DNA from: Minisyncoccota bacterium
GTDB taxonomy: Bacteria; Patescibacteriota; Minisyncoccia; Phycocordibacterales; GWA1-40-21
Assembly (NCBI GenBank): GCA_041663045.1
Contig: JBAZRH010000001.1
Coordinates: forward strand, 212,403-276,402
Reading direction: 5' to 3'
DNA length: 64,000 nt
Positions 58,723 to 64,000 of this stretch are shown piece by piece; within the stretch, counting starts at the first letter, position 1, and the number at the start of each line of letters is the position of its first letter. The notes beneath the pieces were generated by a model, which saw only the letters and a program-made list of their open reading frames with translations, made no database searches and was not told the origin of the DNA. Made by a program: the position numbers and the translations under genes.

Positions 58723-58755
58723 AATAGCCAACCTGCCCGCGAGGTTGGCTATTTT
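58723..58755 (+). terminator. Rho-independent terminator
   Basis: aatagccaacc-tgcccgcga-ggttggctatt followed by TTATT. Confidence 0.75.
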
Positions 58756-58819
58756 ATTAAAAATATGTTTTAATAGAAGTACAAAATGCGCTTCGGCGCC
58801 TTTTAGTTTGAATAATAAA

Positions 58820-60613
58820 ATGGAAATACGAAACATAGCAATAATAGCCCACGTTGACCACGGAAAAACAACCCTTACCGACGCCCTTTTGAAACAAGCC
58901 GGTGTATCCGAGGAAGGCGCAACTATGGACAGCAATAAACTCGAACAAGAGCGTGGTATTACTATATATGCGAAAAATACTTCTCTTCCATACAAAGGTA
59001 CAAAAATCAATATTGTGGACACTCCAGGACATGCAGACTTTGGCTCGGAAGTTGAGCGTGTACTCCGCTCTATCGATACAGTTCTCCTTGTTGTCGATGC
59101 TCAAGAAGGTCCAATGCCACAGACTCGTTTTGTATTAAAAAAATCTCTTGAACTTGGTCTTAAGCCAATCGTCGTTATAAATAAAATAGATAAAAGTGCC
59201 GCAAGACCAGAAGAAGCACACGAGGAAGTTTTAGAACTTTTTATGGAGCTCGGCGCAAATGATGAGCAATTGGATTTTTCTATTATTTATGCAATCGGCA
59301 GAAAAGGTGTCGCTATGATTCACCCAAAAGATGAACAAAAAGATCTGTCACCCCTTCTGGATTTAATCTTAGAAAAAGTCCCATCATCTTCAACAGAAGA
59401 AAATCTCAATTTACCATTTTCAGCACAAATATTTAACCTGGCTTATGACAACTTTCTAGGTCGTCTGGGTGTTGCAAGAATTTATAGTGGGAAAGTGAAA
59501 GATGGACAAAATATTTTTGTAAAGACGCCAAACGGTGAATCAAGACAGACGAGGATTACCAAACTTTATACTTTCAACGGTATGACAAGGATAGCTGTAT
59601 CAGAGGCTTCTGCTGGCGATATTGTTATGATAGCAGGTATTTCAGATGCTTATATCGGAGAGACAGTTTGTGAAAATGCAGACCAAAAACCATTACCCTC
59701 TATAAATATTGACGAGCCAACAATTTCTTTGAATTTCCTTGTAAATGATTCCCCTCTTGCTGGACGCGAAGGAAAATTTGTCACAGGAAGACAGATCCGC
59801 GAACGTTTGGAAAAAGAAATGGAGGTAAATGTCGGACTAAGAGTCGATTTCGGTGCTGAACCCTTAACGGTTTACGGTAGAGGCGAGCTTCATATTGCGA
59901 TTTTAATTGAAAATATGCGCAGAGAAGGTTTTGAGTTACAAGTTTCGCAACCAAAAGCTATTATCAAAGAAGTAAACAGTGTCAAAATGGAACCGTTTGA
60001 AGAAGTTACCGTAGATGTTCCCGAAGAATTCCAAGGTGTTGTTATAGAAAAACTTGGCAAAAGAAAAGGAATAATGAAAGATATGAAAATCAAAGACAAT
60101 CAAGTCAGAATGATTTTCGAAATACCTACTCGCGGACTTTTGGGATACAGAGGACAGTTTGTCGTAGATACAAAAGGTCTTGGAATTTTGTGTAGTCGCT
60201 TTATAGATTTCAAAGAATACGCCGGCGAAATTCAAAAGCAAGAATTCGGTTCAATGGTTTCTATGATGACCGGAAAATCCCTTGCTTATTCACTTTGGAA
60301 TTTACAGGAAAGGGGCATACTCTATATAGACCCTGCAATAGATGTCTATGAGGGTATGGTTATCGGAAGTGTTTTAAATGGCGAACAACTCGATGTGAAT
60401 CCGACGAAAAATAAAGCCTTTTCAAATACCCGTTCTTCCGGAAATGATGAAGCGCTTTATCTTATCCCACCAACCAAACTTGATATTGAAAAAGGTCTTG
60501 AAATAATGCAGGGTGATGAATTTCTCGAAGTGACTCCAAAGAATGTCCGTCTTAGAAAAATGCTTTTGACCAAAACAGATAGAGCTAAAGCAGGAAGAAA
60601 AGATTTGAAATAA
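58820..60613 (+). CDS. typA: Translational GTPase TypA/BipA
   Basis: Start at MEIRNIAIIAHVDHGKTTLTDALL (G1), DTPGHADF (G3), NKIDK (G4), then EF-G-like domains. The upstream extension of the track ORF to 58745 is discarded. Confidence 0.9.
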   Translation: MEIRNIAIIAHVDHGKTTLTDALLKQAGVSEEGATMDSNKLEQERGITIYAKNTSLPYKGTKINIVDTPGHADFGSEVERVLRSIDTVLLVVDAQEGPMPQTRFVLKKSLELGLKPIVVINKIDKSAARPEEAHEEVLELFMELGANDEQLDFSIIYAIGRKGVAMIHPKDEQKDLSPLLDLILEKVPSSSTEENLNLPFSAQIFNLAYDNFLGRLGVARIYSGKVKDGQNIFVKTPNGESRQTRITKLYTFNGMTRIAVSEASAGDIVMIAGISDAYIGETVCENADQKPLPSINIDEPTISLNFLVNDSPLAGREGKFVTGRQIRERLEKEMEVNVGLRVDFGAEPLTVYGRGELHIAILIENMRREGFELQVSQPKAIIKEVNSVKMEPFEEVTVDVPEEFQGVVIEKLGKRKGIMKDMKIKDNQVRMIFEIPTRGLLGYRGQFVVDTKGLGILCSRFIDFKEYAGEIQKQEFGSMVSMMTGKSLAYSLWNLQERGILYIDPAIDVYEGMVIGSVLNGEQLDVNPTKNKAFSNTRSSGNDEALYLIPPTKLDIEKGLEIMQGDEFLEVTPKNVRLRKMLLTKTDRAKAGRKDLK

Positions 60614-60620
60614 AAATACA

Positions 60621-60649
60621 AAAACACCCGCAGAACGCGGGTGTTTTTG
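60621..60649 (+). terminator. Rho-independent terminator
   Basis: aaacacccgc-agaa-cgcgggtgttt followed by TTG. Confidence 0.85.
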
Positions 60650-60689
60650 TTAGATTACTCTAATCGATATAAAAGTCTTGCGACTAATA

Positions 60690-60971
60690 TTATCTTCTTG
60701 GAGCACCTCTAAAAGGTCTGTTTTCCAAAGGTTTAGCTTCGTTGACAGTGAGCTTTCTTCCGCCCATGTCTACGCCGTTTAATGATTCGATAGCTTTCAT
60801 AGCTTCCTCATCATTAGGCATACTTACGAATCCAAAACCTCTTGATCTGCCGGTCATCTTGTCGATCATAACGACAGCTGACTCAACAGCTCCAGCCTTA
60901 GAGAAGAAATCTGCCAACTCAGCATCATTTGCTGTGTAAGGAAGATTTCCTACATATAATTTCTTTGCCAT
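60690..60971 (-). CDS. RRM-type RNA-binding protein
   Basis: 93 aa. RNP-2 LYVGNL and RNP-1 RGFGFVSM. Confidence 0.8.
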   Translation of the reverse strand: MAKKLYVGNLPYTANDAELADFFSKAGAVESAVVMIDKMTGRSRGFGFVSMPNDEEAMKAIESLNGVDMGGRKLTVNEAKPLENRPFRGAPRR

Positions 60972-61208
60972 TTGTTTTGCAAAAATCTACTAAATTCGCA
61001 GAAACGACCTACTCTCAAACGGCTAAGAAAACTTAAACCTACGAGAATTGTTACTGCCAAAAGAGTATAGCATATATCAAGAAAAAAAGCAAGTTTTTCC
61101 CATGTTTTGGTGATTCTGTCAAGGTTTAGAGCCGTATAATAAAAAACAACTCGTCCAATCTTTCCACTTGTGTGAATTGATTGAACGAGCTGTATACTCT
61201 CATGTTAT

Positions 61209-61916
61209 TTAAGGTTTACGACGCAGGAATAGGAAGCGACGATGAGCAAAGAATTTACTATGAGGATGGCAAATACATGTAAGCAAATATAACTCCCCAC
61301 GCACATCACAATTCACAGTAAATACTTTGAGATAATTCTCTGAGTCAAGCATAGCTTCCATTGCCACCACAACACTTGTACCACTAGGCATGTCTTCTTT
61401 GAGCTGCAAGTACAGTTGGGGACCGACTTCGGCTGGACACATATCTAGACCGAGCATTAATGCACGCTTACACGTGTCCATATAGTAAGCACCGTCTTTA
61501 AAACCAAGTTGCTCATTACTAACATTGACTAATTCTACATCTTGTTCGGTCCCACTCACTCTGAAGGCAGGACTGTGGATAATGTCTTTCACCATTCTAT
61601 CCATATCTAAACCTTCATTCTTAAAAACTTGACAAAACGCCTCGGCAGTATATATAGTGCCGATCTTTATTATTTTCCACGTCTTCCATACCTCGGAAGT
61701 CTTGGCAACAACTTCATCACGCAGGAAAAGTTTGAACATTTTCAAAAACTCCCCTGTTTTGTCCGCATTCAGCTTCCGCAGGAAATCGTATATCAGGCCA
61801 AGGACTTCGTCCCCAACCTTCACGAGTTCCGCGAGCACATTCCTGAGCATGTTATTCATGGTCAGTTTCCTTTTCTTTTTTTGTATGCCGTCCATTACTC
61901 TTTGGCGTTGTGCCAA
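61209..61916 (-). CDS. Hypothetical protein, moderately GC-elevated
   Basis: 235 aa with no recognisable domain. Several Cys near the C-terminus (CDVRGELYLLTCICHPH). Confidence 0.45.
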   Translation of the reverse strand: MAQRQRVMDGIQKKKRKLTMNNMLRNVLAELVKVGDEVLGLIYDFLRKLNADKTGEFLKMFKLFLRDEVVAKTSEVWKTWKIIKIGTIYTAEAFCQVFKNEGLDMDRMVKDIIHSPAFRVSGTEQDVELVNVSNEQLGFKDGAYYMDTCKRALMLGLDMCPAEVGPQLYLQLKEDMPSGTSVVVAMEAMLDSENYLKVFTVNCDVRGELYLLTCICHPHSKFFAHRRFLFLRRKP

Positions 61917-61988
61917 AAATATAACGGAGAGCGACTATCTATTTGCATTATACACCTTCTATATTACTATGTCAAATAATTTAATTTT

Positions 61989-62022
61989 AAATACCATATC
62001 AGCTATAGCTGATATGGTATTT
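61989..62022. repeat. Perfect 34-bp palindrome in an intergenic spacer
   Basis: aaataccatatcagcta|tagctgatatggtattt is an exact reverse-complement. Lies between the truB stop and the upstream gene start. Confidence 0.8.
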
Positions 62023-62042
62023 AAGTAATTCTGCTATTGAAA

Positions 62043-62966
62043 TTAAATTCTATCCTTACCTATTCTGATTCTCTTGATATTCAGTGCTAAAGCTGGAATA
62101 CCTACTTTCTCCCCTATCGCATTTGCCAAGCTTCGCATATATGTACCACTTGTACAGGAGACTTTTATGGTGATAGTTTGAAAATTATCAAGGACGGTCC
62201 TTGATAAAGCTGATTCCCATGATTTTAAGATTTCTTTTTGGCGGAAATCGCCGGAAACTAGTGCGATAGATTCTTTTACAGATTTTTCAAATTCAGATTT
62301 TGAAATTGAACTTTCCTTTAATAATTCAATGTTTTTGATTTCAACATCTTTTGAGGGGATTTCGTCGGGGTCCAAGTTTCCGCTTTTCGCGTGAGCGAAA
62401 AGCGGAATACCGTTTACGGTCTTTGAAGAAAATGGCGGATATTTTTGAGAAAATCTGCCGACAAAGCTCTTTAATATACCGTCGAGCTTGGCGAGCGAGA
62501 TACTGCCCTTTCCGGAAACTTGCGAGGCTGGCTGAGCCGAGCACGAGGAATTTTTTAGCAAAAAAATATCCGTGTTCCGGAAAGGGCAGTATCGAGCGAG
62601 CCAATTATGTGCGATTCTAAAAGAAGACATTATTGAGCGAACAAGAATCCCTGGATCCCCGCATTCGCGAGGATGACAGACCGGGGAGGAATTAACCAAA
62701 CCCAATACATCAAAACTATCCGTCGCAAAGCCAAAAAGCACAGTTACTTCGTATTCTTTATCAAGCCCTAAATATTTATCTTTATTTTTACATTCTTCAC
62801 CAACAAGCACGAGAAGTATGCCCTCAGCGAGTGGATCAAGACGCCCAGCATAGGTCATCTTGTCATCTTTGTATTCAGGATTCGCCAATTTAAATCTATT
62901 CAAACATTCAAGAGGCGTTTCTCCCCTCTTTTTATATAATTTTAAGACACTTTGTTTTGGTATCAT
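62043..62966 (-). CDS. truB: tRNA pseudouridine synthase TruB with a GC-rich in-frame insertion of about 50 aa
   Basis: YAGRLDPLAEGILLV catalytic motif, KEYEVTVLFGFATDSFD, FVGRFSQKYPPFSSKTVNGIPLFAHAKSG. Extra segment CHPRECGDPGILVRSIMSSFRIAHNWLARYCPFRNTDIFLLKNSSC... between conserved blocks. Confidence 0.8.
   Translation of the reverse strand: MIPKQSVLKLYKKRGETPLECLNRFKLANPEYKDDKMTYAGRLDPLAEGILLVLVGEECKNKDKYLGLDKEYEVTVLFGFATDSFDVLGLVNSSPVCHPRECGDPGILVRSIMSSFRIAHNWLARYCPFRNTDIFLLKNSSCSAQPASQVSGKGSISLAKLDGILKSFVGRFSQKYPPFSSKTVNGIPLFAHAKSGNLDPDEIPSKDVEIKNIELLKESSISKSEFEKSVKESIALVSGDFRQKEILKSWESALSRTVLDNFQTITIKVSCTSGTYMRSLANAIGEKVGIPALALNIKRIRIGKDRI
62497..62593. repeat. Inverted-repeat-flanked GC-rich element inside the truB coding sequence
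   Basis: gatactgccctttccgg (62499-62515) and ccggaaagggcagtatc (62577-62593) form a perfect 17-bp inverted repeat. The centre contains a ttttttagcaaaaaaa mini-palindrome. Confidence 0.7.
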
Positions 62967-63072
62967 AATTTGATAGAATACTAACTGATATGAATAAAAA
63001 CACCCCGTAAAGAATTTTTTAGAAATTATTCATTATGGTAATATATTATATCTATATCAATAAACAAACATT

Positions 63073-64000
63073 ATGTCAAAAACAAAGCAAGGTGAAAATT
63101 CAGACGGGGCAAGCAAACAAAAAATAAGCACCGAGCCGTACAAAGGCGTTCGCGACTTTTATCCTGCCGATATGGCAGTTCAAACCTATATATTCAACAC
63201 TATGCGAAAAGTTGCAGAAAGTTTTGGATATAGCGAATACGGCGCATCCGTCCTTGAACCGGCAGATTTGTACAGAGCTAAATCCGGCGAAGAGATAGTA
63301 AATGAGCAAACCTACACTTTCAAAGACAAAGGCGACAGAGATGTATCTCTAAGACCAGAAATGACACCAACTCTCGCAAGAATGATAGCTGGCAAACTCA
63401 AAGAATTCTCCTTCCCTCTTCGTTGGTATTCTATTCCAAATCTTTTCAGATACGAACAACCGCAAAAAGGTAGGACACGCGAACATTGGCAACTCAATGT
63501 AGATATTTTCGGCGTAAAAAACATAAATGCAGATGTTGAGGTTATTGCTATGGCAAGCGATATTATGAAAGCTTTTGGTCTGAAAGATACGGATTTTGAG
63601 ATAAGAATAAATAGCAGAAAGATAGTAAATTATATATTGAATGATGTTTTTGCCCTATCTCCAGAAGTCACACAGAGAGTTTCCAAGCTTATAGACAAGA
63701 AAGAAAAGATGGATGCCAAAGAATTTAAAGCCGGAATACAAGAATTCATCCCTGAAAGAAGCTCCGAATTCCTAACACTCATAGATTCCAAAAATTTTGA
63801 AGAATTTATATCAAAACTTCCGAAGACCGCGAGCGAGCAAGAGGACGTGGCTGAAATCAAAGAACTTATAGAAAGACTAGAAAAACTCGGCATCACAAAT
63901 ACAGTATTCAGCCAGAGCTTAATGCGTGGTTTTGATTATTACACGGGGATTATTTTTGAAGTTTTCAGCACAAGCCAAGAAAACAGACGCGCAATATTTG
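63073..64000 (+). CDS. hisS: Histidyl-tRNA synthetase, N-terminal part (runs off the window end; not in the ORF track)
   Basis: ATG at 63073. Translation MSKTKQG...PYKGVRDFYPADMAVQTYIFNTMRKVAESFGYSEYGASVLEPADLY (motif 1), RYEQPQKGRTREHWQLNVDIFG (motif 2 region), GFDYYTGIIFEVF. Confidence 0.85.
   Translation, partial: MSKTKQGENSDGASKQKISTEPYKGVRDFYPADMAVQTYIFNTMRKVAESFGYSEYGASVLEPADLYRAKSGEEIVNEQTYTFKDKGDRDVSLRPEMTPTLARMIAGKLKEFSFPLRWYSIPNLFRYEQPQKGRTREHWQLNVDIFGVKNINADVEVIAMASDIMKAFGLKDTDFEIRINSRKIVNYILNDVFALSPEVTQRVSKLIDKKEKMDAKEFKAGIQEFIPERSSEFLTLIDSKNFEEFISKLPKTASEQEDVAEIKELIERLEKLGITNTVFSQSLMRGFDYYTGIIFEVFSTSQENRRAIF

Overview
The window is AT-rich, densely coding bacterial DNA. Genes sit on both strands with short intergenic spacers and many clean rho-independent terminators. 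Most content is housekeeping. Present are uvrA (partial) and uvrB, a two-component pair, tgt, cdd, an FKBP isomerase, a LOG-family protein, two peptide deformylase genes (one next to fmt), dnaX, a dus gene, hpf, truB, hisS (partial), typA, a DEAD-box helicase, a cold-shock protein, rubredoxin, apbE, and a phosphoketolase/acetate kinase pair. There are many small secreted or membrane proteins of unknown function. The small single-domain proteins and low GC are consistent with a reduced-genome, Patescibacteria/CPR-like organism; this is an inference. Two tRNAs are present (Gln-UUG on the minus strand, Asn-GUU on the plus strand). No rRNA, CRISPR array, transposase or integrase was recognised.

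The unusual content is as follows.
- A minus-strand cluster at 24690-31629 holds three tandem paralogous proteins. Each has a distinct N-terminal domain and ends in a PEP-utilising-enzyme phosphohistidine swivel domain (GGxxCHAAIVARE...DGDxVEVDAExGVVKK). No ATP-grasp or TIM-barrel partner is attached. They are co-oriented and tightly packed with an APH-like kinase, a histidine phosphatase, an SDR and an alpha/beta hydrolase. This is a candidate undescribed phosphoryl-relay or small-molecule modification system.
- GC-rich segments with inverted-repeat ends lie in-frame inside tgt and truB. The tgt element shares exact 17-mer and 13-mer motifs with an intergenic hairpin near tRNA-Gln.
- Several higher-GC islets break the low-GC background. 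These include a 1.9-kb ORF-poor stretch at 35816-37759, decayed purH/purL fragments, and short ORFs with strong AAGGAG ribosome-binding sites.
- Both tRNAs are followed by partial inverted and/or direct copies of their own 3' ends.
- A promoter-plus-terminator bounded structured RNA candidate lies at 53796-53955.
- A membrane-anchored ClpA/B-like AAA+ protein has a degenerate first ATPase domain.

All calls rest on reading the translations and the sequence by eye. No database search was run.
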